A DNA stretch of 64,000 nt from Candidatus Woesearchaeota archaeon (GTDB lineage Archaea; Nanobdellota; Nanobdellia; Woesearchaeales; GW2011-AR4), in NCBI GenBank assembly GCA_016188245.1, contig JACPIE010000013.1, positions 21,058 to 85,057 on the forward strand, read 5' to 3'. Both the position numbers and the translations under genes were made by a program. Position 1 is the stretch's first letter. Each line of letters starts with the position of its first letter. Below the pieces are notes generated by a model. It saw nothing but the letters and a program-made list of their open reading frames with translations. It ran no database searches and was not told the DNA's origin. Positions 18,424 to 28,506 of this stretch are shown one piece after another.

Positions 18424-20127
18424 TTAAGGCGATTCTACCCTATCATCTGTTCTTGGAGATTGCATTTCAATGCTCGATGATTTGACTTTATCTTTTTTTT
18501 CTTCTGCTATTCTCCTTTTTTCTGCTGCCCTTTCCGCTTGTTTTGCTCTTCTGGCACTTTCTTGTTCTAATCTTCTTTCCTTATGCTCTTTCATTTCCGA
18601 ATCATTGATATCTTTTCTTAATTGAGCCGCAGCTTCATGCGATTCAGGTGTGGACAAGTTATCCAATGTCTTTGCTGCGTACTCGGCAGCTTTTAAATCA
18701 CCTAACTTGACAAGCATTGTTCCATTATTTTTCACGCGTCTTGAATATTGCAGCAATAAACCATCAACTATGAATTCTGAGTGCCTTCCGTCAGTTGTGA
18801 CAGTTCTAAAAATATATCCATGCTCTAATCCGCCATGTCGATTATTTGTAATATGGTACAACATCTCATCTATGCCTCCTTGTATTTCCCCTTGAGGCAA
18901 ATAAAGGAAGCCCATCACACGAACTGAGTATACCCATCCGCCCTTGTGTCGCTCGTATCTTGAATTTTCGTTTGTTATTCCTGGTCTTTCTATGAAAACT
19001 TTATGTGCTTTTTGTATAGCATTGTATAATGGAAGCTGTTCAAAATTAACTGCTGCTGATGTTGCTCCTTCTGAACTGGAATACATCTTCCCTTGATTTG
19101 ATTGTTCATAGCCAATTTTTGGTTCTAATTCTTTTGGTAATCGATTGTCGGCTTTTCCAGTTGTTGAAGGTGGATTATTGGCCAATCCAGATAGGTTTGT
19201 AGATATACCATTATGTTCATTATTTGCAGATGCAATTCGTACTTCTAAAACAGAATCTGGATTTGTTCCTTTAGTATCTGGCTCATGCCCTAATTCAGAT
19301 GGAAATACCGCAAGCAATGGGTCCAATTGAGGTACTGGATATTGAAAGGCAGCTGTTTTTGGTTTCGATATTTTTTTTTGCAAAGTGCTTTTTACGGATT
19401 GGGTATTTTTCCTATTTGGTGATTGTGGGGCACCTCCATTAGTCTCTGAATAAACTGGTCTAGAAGTGGCAGTATATGTGGTTTTCCCGTCATTGCCTTG
19501 TGGAGGGTATCCGTTAAAATTAGCCGCTGCTGGACTGATATATGCAAAAAAAACACCTGCTACAGCTACTCCTGCCGCCCATTTTGTCAATCTGCTTCCT
19601 GCCAAATAAGAAATAACTCCTGTACGACTAGGTTTTGCATGGGAATCTTGGGCATTTGGTCCGCTATATTTTGGACGTTTTGATATTGGCACTACATTGC
19701 TTGGAACACTTGCTTGTGCGTTTTGACCATAGCTCGGCTTTAATCCTCGGTATGCCTCTCCATTTTCGTCTTTAACGCCGGGTTGAAATTTTTGGCCAAA
19801 TCCTGCTTTACGCGCATCAACATACTGGCGCATTAATTGGAATGCTTGCTCATTTAATGCCTCTCCCCGTGGATTTATATTAGAATTGGCAAGCATACTT
19901 TCCAAGGCTTTTTCATGTGAGCCACTATAAAACTTTCTAACATCATAGCCATGAACAAACTTTCTTGCAAACAAATCAGCTTTGCCATCATCCATGCCCA
20001 ATGCAGAAGCCAATTTACTTCGCATTTCAAGCGGATTATAGGTTATACCTGCCTCTCCTTTGTTTACCTGTGTTGCCGGTCCGCCGGCTGCTCTGCCAAC
20101 ATAATTGCTTACAAACATAGTATTCAT
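18424..20127 (-). CDS. Hypothetical protein (central TM, charged C-terminus)
   Basis: 567-aa open frame with no recognisable family. Confidence 0.65.
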   Translation of the reverse strand: MNTMFVSNYVGRAAGGPATQVNKGEAGITYNPLEMRSKLASALGMDDGKADLFARKFVHGYDVRKFYSGSHEKALESMLANSNINPRGEALNEQAFQLMRQYVDARKAGFGQKFQPGVKDENGEAYRGLKPSYGQNAQASVPSNVVPISKRPKYSGPNAQDSHAKPSRTGVISYLAGSRLTKWAAGVAVAGVFFAYISPAAANFNGYPPQGNDGKTTYTATSRPVYSETNGGAPQSPNRKNTQSVKSTLQKKISKPKTAAFQYPVPQLDPLLAVFPSELGHEPDTKGTNPDSVLEVRIASANNEHNGISTNLSGLANNPPSTTGKADNRLPKELEPKIGYEQSNQGKMYSSSEGATSAAVNFEQLPLYNAIQKAHKVFIERPGITNENSRYERHKGGWVYSVRVMGFLYLPQGEIQGGIDEMLYHITNNRHGGLEHGYIFRTVTTDGRHSEFIVDGLLLQYSRRVKNNGTMLVKLGDLKAAEYAAKTLDNLSTPESHEAAAQLRKDINDSEMKEHKERRLEQESARRAKQAERAAEKRRIAEEKKDKVKSSSIEMQSPRTDDRVESP

Positions 20128-20334
20128 GGAAATAATGCCCCTTTATAAAGTTTACTATTTTCAAGGGGTAACAATATGGAAGATAAGGCGTCTATCATGC
20201 CGATTTCAACAATATTCAGAAGTATATCAAAAGCAAATGCCGGAGCATATAAATATCTAACGAAAACAATTTGCAGAGGGTGAGCAGTAAAGATTTAAAA
20301 ACAGCAGAAAATAACCTCTTGCTCAGATTGAATA

Positions 20335-22317
20335 ATGAAATCCAAAAAAAAGTTTTACATAACTGCGGCAATTCCTTACACAAATTCAGCGCCGCATCTG
20401 GGGCATGCCCTTGAAATAATCCAGGCAGACTCGTTTGCGCGCTTTAACAGGCTCCTTGGCAAAGATGTCCGTTTTCAGGTTGGCACAGATGAGCACGGCT
20501 TGAAGAACTGGGAAACTGCAAAAAAGCATGGAAAGGAGATTATGGAATTTCTTGATGAGAATGTATCACTTTTCAAGAAGTTGTACAATGGCCTGAACAT
20601 TTCCTATGATGGCTTCATCAGGACAACAGACAGGAAAAATCATTATCCGGGGGCAATAAAGCTATGGGAAGAGCTTGTAAAAAGCGGAGATATCTATAAA
20701 AAAAAGTACAATGGCGTTTACTGCACCGGATGCGAGGCTTTCAAGGCTGAAAGGGAGTTGGAAAGCGGAAAATGCCCAAATCATCCGACGAGGGAGCTCC
20801 AGATTATAGAGGAGGAGAACTATTTTTTCAGGCTTTCCAAGTACAGCGGGAAAGTAAGCAAGATAATAGAGTCGGACAAATACAAGGTGGTTCCAAATAT
20901 AAGAAAGAATGAAATCCTGTCGTTTCTCAAGATAGCAAATGACATCAGTTTTTCAAGGCCGAAGGCTTCCCTGCCATGGGGAATCCCTGTTCCAGATGAC
21001 GACAGCCACAATATGTATGTATGGTGCGATGCCTTATCGAATTATATAACTGCTATTGGGTATGGCAGGGACGAAAAAAGCTTTAAGCAGTTTTGGCCGG
21101 CAGACGTGCATGTCATAGGCAAGGATATCCTGAGGTTTCATGCAGCTTTCTGGCCTGCAATGCTCATATCGGCTAAAATTCCGCTGCCAAAAAAGCTGTT
21201 TATCCATGGATTCATATTGTCCAAAGGGACAAAAATGGGAAAATCCACAGGCAATATAATCGAGCCATTTGGGCAAATTGAAAGATACGGGGTTGACCAG
21301 TTCAGGTTTTACATCCTTGGGGCAATGCCCCTCGAGAGTGACGGGGAATATTCTGAAGAATTGCTGAAGGAAAGGATAAACAACGAGCTGGCAGGAAATT
21401 TTGGAAATTTTTGCTACAGGGTCCTGAATTTTTTGAATAAGAATTTTAATGGGGTTATTGAAGGCATCGACAAAAATGAAAATGTTATAGCCGAATTAAA
21501 CAGCAGGATAGCCAAAACAAGGGAGCATTATGAAAATTTTAATTTCAGCCTGGCGATAAGCGAAATTCTTATGATCTCCCATATCGGCAATAAGTACTTC
21601 CAGGACAATGAGCCGTGGAAATTAATGAAGGATGATAAGAAAAAAACCCATGAGATTTTGGGGCTATGCGCCAATATAGCCAAGAATTTGGCCATTTTGA
21701 TTGAGCCTGTCATGCCTGATTTTTCTGCAAATCTGCAAAATCAATTAAACGTTAAAAATCTAAGATGGGAAGACATAAATTTTGAATTAAAAAATCACAA
21801 GATTGGGAAAGACGAGATTCTGGTCAAAAAGATAGAAAAAAAAGATGAGCAGCCAAAATTTCCGCTTGATTTAAAAGTTGCAAAAATATTGGAAGCCAGG
21901 GGGCATCCAAATGCCGACAAGCTTTACGTTCTGGATATTGATTTGGGCAGCGAGAAAAGGCAGCTTGTTGCGGGCATAAAGCCTTATTATTCCCCTGAAG
22001 AGCTGAAAAACAAGAAGATAATTGTTGTTGCAAACCTCAAATATGCAAAATTAAGGGGTGTTGAAAGCCAGGGCATGCTTTTAGCAGGAGACGACGGCAA
22101 TGGCCCGGGCTTGCTGGCTGTTGAGCAAAGCAATCCGGGCGACAAAGTGTATTTTGAAGGCTTTGAAAATAAAACTGAGCAGGCTGCTTACGAGGAATTC
22201 GCAAAAATAGGCATGATTGTCAAAAACGGCAGAGTTTATTTTGAGGGCAAGGAGCTCAAGACTGAAAAGGAAATTGTAAAAGTTGAAAGGGCAAAAGACG
22301 GGGCAAGGGTCAGGTAG
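20335..22317 (+). CDS. metG: Methionyl-tRNA synthetase with C-terminal tRNA-binding domain
   Basis: PHLGH, GTDEHG, YCTGCE, YVWCDAL, IGKDILRFH, KMGKSTGN; HPNADKL...GVESQGM. Confidence 0.97.
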   Translation: MKSKKKFYITAAIPYTNSAPHLGHALEIIQADSFARFNRLLGKDVRFQVGTDEHGLKNWETAKKHGKEIMEFLDENVSLFKKLYNGLNISYDGFIRTTDRKNHYPGAIKLWEELVKSGDIYKKKYNGVYCTGCEAFKAERELESGKCPNHPTRELQIIEEENYFFRLSKYSGKVSKIIESDKYKVVPNIRKNEILSFLKIANDISFSRPKASLPWGIPVPDDDSHNMYVWCDALSNYITAIGYGRDEKSFKQFWPADVHVIGKDILRFHAAFWPAMLISAKIPLPKKLFIHGFILSKGTKMGKSTGNIIEPFGQIERYGVDQFRFYILGAMPLESDGEYSEELLKERINNELAGNFGNFCYRVLNFLNKNFNGVIEGIDKNENVIAELNSRIAKTREHYENFNFSLAISEILMISHIGNKYFQDNEPWKLMKDDKKKTHEILGLCANIAKNLAILIEPVMPDFSANLQNQLNVKNLRWEDINFELKNHKIGKDEILVKKIEKKDEQPKFPLDLKVAKILEARGHPNADKLYVLDIDLGSEKRQLVAGIKPYYSPEELKNKKIIVVANLKYAKLRGVESQGMLLAGDDGNGPGLLAVEQSNPGDKVYFEGFENKTEQAAYEEFAKIGMIVKNGRVYFEGKELKTEKEIVKVERAKDGARVR

Positions 22318-23119
22318 CTTTTAGGGCATTGTCCACTTCCTTTTCGCTATACCCTTCCCGGTAAAGGGCATCTTTTATCTGCTGCAGCGTAAATCCTTTC
22401 CCTATATTCTCCCCTATATAACTCTTCAATGAAAGAACCGTCTGGTTTTCTTTTCTCTTTCTGATGAATAAAAATGCCAAGACCGGTATGATTATAGCAA
22501 AACCAATTGCAATCCACAACAAATAATTCGGCTTTTCGCCAATCCCGGGTTCTTCATTGAATTCTTTTTTATCCTGAATTTTTGGCGGTATGCCCGATGA
22601 TTCACTCACATTTTTTTCAGTTTGGCAGTCTGAATCAAGCTTGGGAATGCAATCCGGATCGCAAATTCCTTCTTTAATCTGGTCGCAAAAATCATCTTTT
22701 GAGCCTGAACTGCAGTCTTTTGTGCAGCTTTCATGGCTTTCATGCCCTTCGCATTTGCTGTTGCCGCATGTGTCTGCAAACGAGCTTACATCTATGTCCA
22801 TCACTTTTGAATTCTTAAGATTATACATCTCAATCCTGGCGGCATTTTCGTCATAAGGAATGTAGATCAGGTAGTTCTTATTTTCAGGCATGTTGTAGTG
22901 CATTCTTCCAATATCTGAATTTTCAAAAGATACTGTTTTAATCAAAAATCCCGAGGTATCTGTAGATTTAACTGCCCTGTCAATTTCTTTCAGGTTGATG
23001 CTATTGAATGAAGCAGAATCTAGAATATTATTTACATTCAAAACGAAGTATTTCTCGGCATCTGCCGCACTGGCGAGCAAAAGCGCCAAAATTATGTGCA
23101 AGAACATTCTTTCTTTCAT
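22310..23119 (-). CDS. Secreted/membrane-anchored Cys-rich protein
   Basis: Signal peptide, CGNSKC...CTKDC...DGICDPDC-like module, C-terminal TM. Confidence 0.75.
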   Translation of the reverse strand: MKERMFLHIILALLLASAADAEKYFVLNVNNILDSASFNSINLKEIDRAVKSTDTSGFLIKTVSFENSDIGRMHYNMPENKNYLIYIPYDENAARIEMYNLKNSKVMDIDVSSFADTCGNSKCEGHESHESCTKDCSSGSKDDFCDQIKEGICDPDCIPKLDSDCQTEKNVSESSGIPPKIQDKKEFNEEPGIGEKPNYLLWIAIGFAIIIPVLAFLFIRKRKENQTVLSLKSYIGENIGKGFTLQQIKDALYREGYSEKEVDNALKAT

Positions 23120-24720
23120 TGTATTGTTGTGTTCAATAATACTTGGGCAAACGCCTTGTTTTTATTTTTGTCAACGGATTTGATTAAAAAATAATTTGTT
23201 CCGTTTGCCAGGTTTACAGCAACATTCTCTGCAGTTTCCTCATCAGCTGCATTGTTGAATACAAGTTGGTTATCCAGAAATACAGAGTTGTTTACAGGGT
23301 AGTTTATTGCTGAAACGCTGAACGATAAGTTAATGAAACTGGAGTTGTATGTGCCATTTTCCAATGTGTGCACCGTGATTTTTGGAGGCGTTGCAAAAGC
23401 GATTATATCGTCTGCAAGCTTTTTTGGAGTTATTGTATAGCTGCAGAAATCCGCAAAAGTTTCATTTAGCTCTTTGCTTGTTATATTCCGGTAGAATAAT
23501 GCCTGGGGATTCACCCTTATTATCCTGCTGCTTTCCATGATACAATATTCCTCATTGGGGTCCAAAACTATGAGCATGTCCTTCTTATTGCTGTATGCTG
23601 GGCAGGAGCTTGATGCAATGCTGGCCAAAGTCGGAATGTTAAAGTAAGAAAGAGACTGCTCAAGCCTGTAAATATTCAATTCCTTATTATTTTTTAAGTT
23701 GTCGGCTGAAAACAAAACGTTTAGGAAGTTCTGCACGTCTGTTTCAAATCTTTGGAAGCCGTAATCTTCGTAGTTTTGCGCCGCAAATATCATGCTGTGT
23801 TTTTTGCTGCTGTCCCATTCATTAACTATCGGCAGGCATTTGTTGTTTTTTAGCAGGGTTATGCTTTGGGTTTTGTTTATTGATTGTAGTATGCCGCCAG
23901 CATAGCTTACCATTATGTCCACATCAAATTTTTTGAACCCCTCAAAATCTTTTATTTTTGAGCTGAGCCAGTTGTTTCCGTATAAATTGTCATTTTTTGA
24001 GCCGTCATTATGGGAGCCGTCATCATACAATGCAATCGAGTCAACAGCATTTCCATTGTCTTTTATCTGTGCAATCACTGACGCAACATTTGTCTTGTCA
24101 TAAAGATAATATTGGATGCTGAAAGATGATTTGTAATAATCGGCATTGGATTTTGAATAGGAAAAGCCCGCTGCCTTGTTTTTTAGGTTATATCTTCTTG
24201 CCCCATATGACTTGTCTGTTATGTTCCTGCAGAACACCAGGTTGCTGCAATCCTTATTGATGCTCGTTCCATAGCCGCTGATGCAGTTTCCCTGAAGGTA
24301 ATTTGTCAGGCAGTACCCTTCTTTGTCTATGCAGCAGCCCACATTGCATTCTTCAAGCTCATTGCATTTTTTCCCTGCAACAAGCCCGCCATAGCATTCC
24401 GCCTTGGATGTTTGCCTGCATATGGAAGTGCAGCAGCCTTCGTCATTGCTGGCCGCAAATCCGGTTATTTGCTGTTCTTTGGTTTTTGCAGGGATTAAGT
24501 TAAATGCAAAAATCGAAAGCATAAACAATAGCGAAACAAAAATGGAATATGCTTTGACAAGCCTCAATTCTGAATGTTTTTTTAATAGCCCGTCAACATA
24601 GCCTTCATCGTAGCCGTGGCTTATTAAAACGTGCCTTATTGCATGCTTCGAATAGCCTTTGGCTGCATGCTCCCCTATGTAGCTCCTCAGCTTTTTATCT
24701 ATCCTTTTTTTGTTCAGCAT
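23116..24720 (-). CDS. Membrane-anchored Cys-rich surface protein
   Basis: TM near N-terminus, GCC...C repeats, LYDDGSHNDG..NDNLY putative Ca-binding motif. Confidence 0.75.
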   Translation of the reverse strand: MLNKKRIDKKLRSYIGEHAAKGYSKHAIRHVLISHGYDEGYVDGLLKKHSELRLVKAYSIFVSLLFMLSIFAFNLIPAKTKEQQITGFAASNDEGCCTSICRQTSKAECYGGLVAGKKCNELEECNVGCCIDKEGYCLTNYLQGNCISGYGTSINKDCSNLVFCRNITDKSYGARRYNLKNKAAGFSYSKSNADYYKSSFSIQYYLYDKTNVASVIAQIKDNGNAVDSIALYDDGSHNDGSKNDNLYGNNWLSSKIKDFEGFKKFDVDIMVSYAGGILQSINKTQSITLLKNNKCLPIVNEWDSSKKHSMIFAAQNYEDYGFQRFETDVQNFLNVLFSADNLKNNKELNIYRLEQSLSYFNIPTLASIASSSCPAYSNKKDMLIVLDPNEEYCIMESSRIIRVNPQALFYRNITSKELNETFADFCSYTITPKKLADDIIAFATPPKITVHTLENGTYNSSFINLSFSVSAINYPVNNSVFLDNQLVFNNAADEETAENVAVNLANGTNYFLIKSVDKNKNKAFAQVLLNTTIQ

Positions 24721-24859
24721 TTTTTATTATATTGACCAAGTTCCTTGATTTGCCTATGTACTTGACAACTTTCTGCCTGACCTTGCCGTTAATCCTGACG
24801 CTTTTTACAAGGTAGTAATAGCTCCTGTTGTTGATTTTTTTGACGCGTATGTATGCCAT
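24695..24859 (-). CDS. Small basic beta-sheet DNA-binding-like protein (54 aa)
   Basis: Manual translation MAYIRVKKINNRSYYYLVKSVRINGKVRQKVVKYIGKSRN...; upstream TATA near 24883-24890; below the ORF-track cutoff. Confidence 0.7.
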   Translation of the reverse strand: MAYIRVKKINNRSYYYLVKSVRINGKVRQKVVKYIGKSRNLVNIIKNAEQKKDR

Positions 24860-24866
24860 AAATTTG

Positions 24867-25080
24867 TTAGGCACTACTTACATATTTAAATCTTTTGAAT
24901 TTTTGTTTTTTGATAAATTTAGGCATTATTTATATATAATTTTTAGGCACTACTAAAAAATTATTATTTAAAAGGTATAATCAGATTTATTAGTTTAGGC
25001 ACTATAAAAACAGGAATATGGTGTTAGACACTACAAAATAAAGTATAAAATAATAAATCTTAACAATTTTTAGGCACTAC
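24867..25080. repeat. Six dispersed direct repeats, consensus TTAGGCACTAC
   Basis: Copies start at 24867, 24919, 24943, 24995, 25024 and 25070 in an AT-rich spacer. Confidence 0.85.
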
Positions 25081-25082
25081 AT

Positions 25083-26849
25083 TCAGTAGAACTGGGCAGT
25101 GCATTCAACGCTGCATGACTGGCACGTGAATTTCTCTATGAAATTGCATTTTTCAACCTGTGCGCATAATGTTACAGGAACGCCGGCCTGCATTGTGCCT
25201 CCTTCAGGAATGCATTTTCCTTCGCCGTCAATTGCAACTGTGTCAACTCCCACCTGCCAAGTGCATGTCGGGATAAATCCGACACAATTATCAGGACTTT
25301 CTGAGTAAAATGCTTCTGTTGCCGAACCAACTATTCCTAATGATGTAGATAAAACACCAATTGCCGTTACAACTACCACTGTAGTCACAGATACACTAGC
25401 TGCAGCTGCAGCCGTTGTTAATGCTGAGGCAAATGTTGCACCAGTAGTAGCTGCATTCCAGGCGGCGCTTAGCAAAACTCCGCCAGCTCCAGTGAATACA
25501 GTAAGCACAATTGATATTACCACTATCACCAGCGTAACAAAACACCCAGCATTGGCATCAAACACCTGCCTTGCTATGACATTCTTTAGCTTTTGGCTCT
25601 CGCAAAAAATGGCTGTGAAATCTGTAAAGCCGATTATATTCGCAAAAACTTTTCTGTTAATTCTGTCCTCAGTTGAAGGTATTGGAACCCAAAAGTTGTT
25701 TTTGCCTTTCAATATGCCGACTCCTTTCGCGTCTTTGCCTTCCGGATTATCATAGTATATCTCAAGCTTTTGCGGCTTGTTGAAAATTAGCCCATCTGGC
25801 TCAAAGCTGTAGATGGGATTGTCAGTTACATACACAAGGTCTTCCCTCCTTTTTATCTCCTTATTTTCCTTTTCCACCGGTATGTTTTTTGTCACAACAT
25901 TTTGAGGATAAGACTGCTGTACGCTTATAGAAGAAACATCCTGCCCATTCAGGTTTACAGTGGTGCCTGCAGAAATATCAAGCTGGGCTTTCCTGTCAAC
26001 TGAAAACACAGTATATGGCAAAACTACATTGTTTGTCGCACTTCTGTTCTGCAGGTCAGTCAGCTTTTTAAGCTCCGACCTTCCAAGCTTCGCTGCAAAA
26101 CTGAATGCATAGTTCTGGTTTTCCGGCGTGGCTGATTTTTTGTCGGTAATTGTAAAATATAAGATATCGGTTTCAGGCGCTTTATAGCTTATGTCAAAAT
26201 CCAAAGTTTTAAGGTAGCCAAGATTCTTCAACGGCGCCTTATCATCAAAATCTGCATCAAATGTCTTTTCGTTTGTTTCAGCAGCTGCCTCGAAGATTGC
26301 CCTGTACCTTATGTCAAAGGTATTAAAAAATTCAGAAAATTCTTTGGTATATCCTGCCTGTTTCAGTTTAATCTGGTAATCTGTCTTTATTGTTATATCG
26401 GCAGCCCCAAACTCAATTGCCGTTTTTACTCTGCCTTTTTCGACATCAAATCCGAGCTGCCTTATTTTCGCATCATCTATGCAGGAAGGGATATTCTCAT
26501 TCATGTGCCCTATCATCCTTTCCTGTGTCTGGTTCAAAAACGGTTGGATATTCGCCTGGTCAAGGTGCCAGTAGCTTGTGCCTTTAAAGCTGATAAGGCT
26601 TGGCACTTCAAGGTAGCCTCCTGTCTGCCCAATCTTTTTAATGGCGTCAAAAGCTGTTTTTCTTATGCAGTCATTTGCAAATTTTTCTATTTCTTCTGCT
26701 TTCAGGCTCAATCCCGATATTTTCTCAGCTTCTTCCTGCGCCTCGGATTGTTTGGCATTGCTGTATGCATAAAACCCCGCCACCGCAGCTACAAACATAA
26801 AGATGCCGAGAATTACGAATAATGAAACTTGGGCCTTTTTCAGCGACAT
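25083..26849 (-). CDS. Large protein with class III (pilin-like) signal peptide
   Basis: N-terminus MSLKKAQ-VSLFVILG; hydrophobic and Cys-rich C-terminus. Confidence 0.75.
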   Translation of the reverse strand: MSLKKAQVSLFVILGIFMFVAAVAGFYAYSNAKQSEAQEEAEKISGLSLKAEEIEKFANDCIRKTAFDAIKKIGQTGGYLEVPSLISFKGTSYWHLDQANIQPFLNQTQERMIGHMNENIPSCIDDAKIRQLGFDVEKGRVKTAIEFGAADITIKTDYQIKLKQAGYTKEFSEFFNTFDIRYRAIFEAAAETNEKTFDADFDDKAPLKNLGYLKTLDFDISYKAPETDILYFTITDKKSATPENQNYAFSFAAKLGRSELKKLTDLQNRSATNNVVLPYTVFSVDRKAQLDISAGTTVNLNGQDVSSISVQQSYPQNVVTKNIPVEKENKEIKRREDLVYVTDNPIYSFEPDGLIFNKPQKLEIYYDNPEGKDAKGVGILKGKNNFWVPIPSTEDRINRKVFANIIGFTDFTAIFCESQKLKNVIARQVFDANAGCFVTLVIVVISIVLTVFTGAGGVLLSAAWNAATTGATFASALTTAAAAASVSVTTVVVVTAIGVLSTSLGIVGSATEAFYSESPDNCVGFIPTCTWQVGVDTVAIDGEGKCIPEGGTMQAGVPVTLCAQVEKCNFIEKFTCQSCSVECTAQFY

Positions 26850-26946
26850 GCTGATTTCCTTCCAGCATTAATATTTAAACATTCTGGTTTAAAAAACAAA
26901 AAAAGCAACAACAAGATTTATATACTTGGATAGCTAACTTTGATTT

Positions 26947-27531
26947 ATGGAACAGGAAACAAAACAGCTCAAGCAGGTCATTTCAAAAGACATGACAATA
27001 GGAGATGTTGTGGCAAAATACCCTTCTGTGATAGAGCCTTTGCAGGCTGCAGGAGTTCATTGCGTAGGCTGCCATGTGTCTTATCATGAGACGCTGGAAC
27101 AGGGCTTTAAAGGGCATGGCATGTCAGATGAAGAGGTTAGCACTACCATTGAAAAGCTAAACAAGGCAGTTGAAGATTCAAAGCTTGACGAAGGCAAAGA
27201 ATTCATTGTAACCAACAAAGCAGCTGAAAAGCTGAAGGAAGTTCTCAAGGAAAACAACAAGGAAGGCTCAGGCTTAAGAGTTGAGATTGTTCCAGGAGGA
27301 TGCTCGGGATTCCAGTATGGGCTGGAGCTGGATGACAGCACAACGGACCTTGACTTGGTTGTAGAGGAAAAAGGCGTAAAGATAATCATCACAAAAGAAA
27401 ACATGAATTTCTTGAAAGGCGCGAAGCTTGATTATGTTGACTCATTGCAGGGCGGCGGATTCAAGATAAGCAATCCAAATGTCAACAAAAGCGGCGGCGG
27501 TTGCGGCTGCGGGCAGAGCTTTGAGTATTAG
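26947..27531 (+). CDS. A-type Fe-S carrier (HesB/IscA/ErpA) with N-terminal DUF1858-like domain
   Basis: GVHCVGC..ETLEQG...HG domain; GGCSGFQY, NPN, CGCGQSF. Confidence 0.9.
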   Translation: MEQETKQLKQVISKDMTIGDVVAKYPSVIEPLQAAGVHCVGCHVSYHETLEQGFKGHGMSDEEVSTTIEKLNKAVEDSKLDEGKEFIVTNKAAEKLKEVLKENNKEGSGLRVEIVPGGCSGFQYGLELDDSTTDLDLVVEEKGVKIIITKENMNFLKGAKLDYVDSLQGGGFKISNPNVNKSGGGCGCGQSFEY

Positions 27532-27565
27532 TCTTTGAATTGATAGTGTCCATATTTTTAACAAA

Positions 27566-28015
27566 ATGCCCGAAATCAATGAAAACGCTCCTGATTTCAC
27601 TTTGGCTGATCAGGACGGAAAAGAAACCAGATTAAGCGATTTCAAAGGCAAAAACGTGATTCTTGCTTTTTACCCTTTTGATTTTTCTCCTGTATGCACG
27701 GTTGAGTTTGGCTGCTTTAATGACGATTTAAGCAAGCTTAATGAGCTGGATGCGCAGGTTATTGGGATAAGCGTCGACAGCAAACACTGCCACAAGGCTT
27801 TTGCTGAAAAATTACAGCTGAACTTCCCGTTATTGAGTGATTTTGGAAAAGAAGTCTGCAAACTGTACGGCACATTGAGAAAGGAAGGATTCAGCGAAAG
27901 GGCTTATTTCATAATTGACAGGGAAGGCACAGTAAGATTTAAGTATCTGATGCCTACACCGAAAGATATGCTGGAAAATAAGCAATTGATTGAAGATCTG
28001 AAAGAATTGGAGTGA
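27566..28015 (+). CDS. Peroxiredoxin (AhpE/BCP-like)
   Basis: APDFTL, FYPFDFSPVCTVE, GISVDS, ERAYFIID. Confidence 0.92.
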   Translation: MPEINENAPDFTLADQDGKETRLSDFKGKNVILAFYPFDFSPVCTVEFGCFNDDLSKLNELDAQVIGISVDSKHCHKAFAEKLQLNFPLLSDFGKEVCKLYGTLRKEGFSERAYFIIDREGTVRFKYLMPTPKDMLENKQLIEDLKELE

Positions 28016-28019
28016 AAAT

Positions 28020-28499
28020 ATGGGGCAAAAAGGAAGGGAAATAGCAAAACTTGACCACAAATGGCTGCTTAATGAATTAAACAAAGCTTATGCGTTTGAG
28101 TGGGTTGTGCATTATTATGCGGCTTTGGCAAGCGATATTGTTTCTGGGCTGAGAACTCCTGTTTATGCTGAAATTTTCAAAAAAGCTGCTGAAGGCGAGC
28201 TTGGGCATGCAGGCAGGATTGCCAAAAGAATTGCAGAATTGGGAGGAGAGCCTTGCGCATCAATGGCAGAAATTGAAAAATTGGCTGGGTTCGGCAAAGT
28301 AGGCTTCCCAAAAAACAGGAGCGACATCAAGGGATTTATAGAAATTTTTTTGAAGATGGAAAGGCATGCAATAGAGCTTTACAACAATCTATCCAATAAA
28401 ACCCACGGCAAGGATTTGGTTACACACGAGCTTGCAGAAGACTTATTGGCAGAGGAAGTGGCTGAAGAGGAAGAATACGAGAATCTGCTGAAGGGATAA
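28020..28499 (+). CDS. Ferritin-like/DPSL-like protein
   Basis: LNKAYAFEW..Y, ELGHA..IAKRIAELGG, ERHAI..Y, D.VT..L...L.EE. Confidence 0.85.
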   Translation: MGQKGREIAKLDHKWLLNELNKAYAFEWVVHYYAALASDIVSGLRTPVYAEIFKKAAEGELGHAGRIAKRIAELGGEPCASMAEIEKLAGFGKVGFPKNRSDIKGFIEIFLKMERHAIELYNNLSNKTHGKDLVTHELAEDLLAEEVAEEEEYENLLKG

Positions 28500-28506
28500 T
28501 CCGGCA

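Noticed and set aside
25060..25073. Third copy of the TTAACAATTGTTAA palindrome (12 of 14 match)
   Set aside because: It is imperfect, in very AT-rich DNA, overlaps a different repeat and is not at a promoter position.
24867..25080. CRISPR array or replication origin
   Set aside because: Repeats are only 11 bp with irregular spacing and there are no cas genes. No cdc6/orc1 or ORB-like G-string is present in the window, so an origin cannot be supported.
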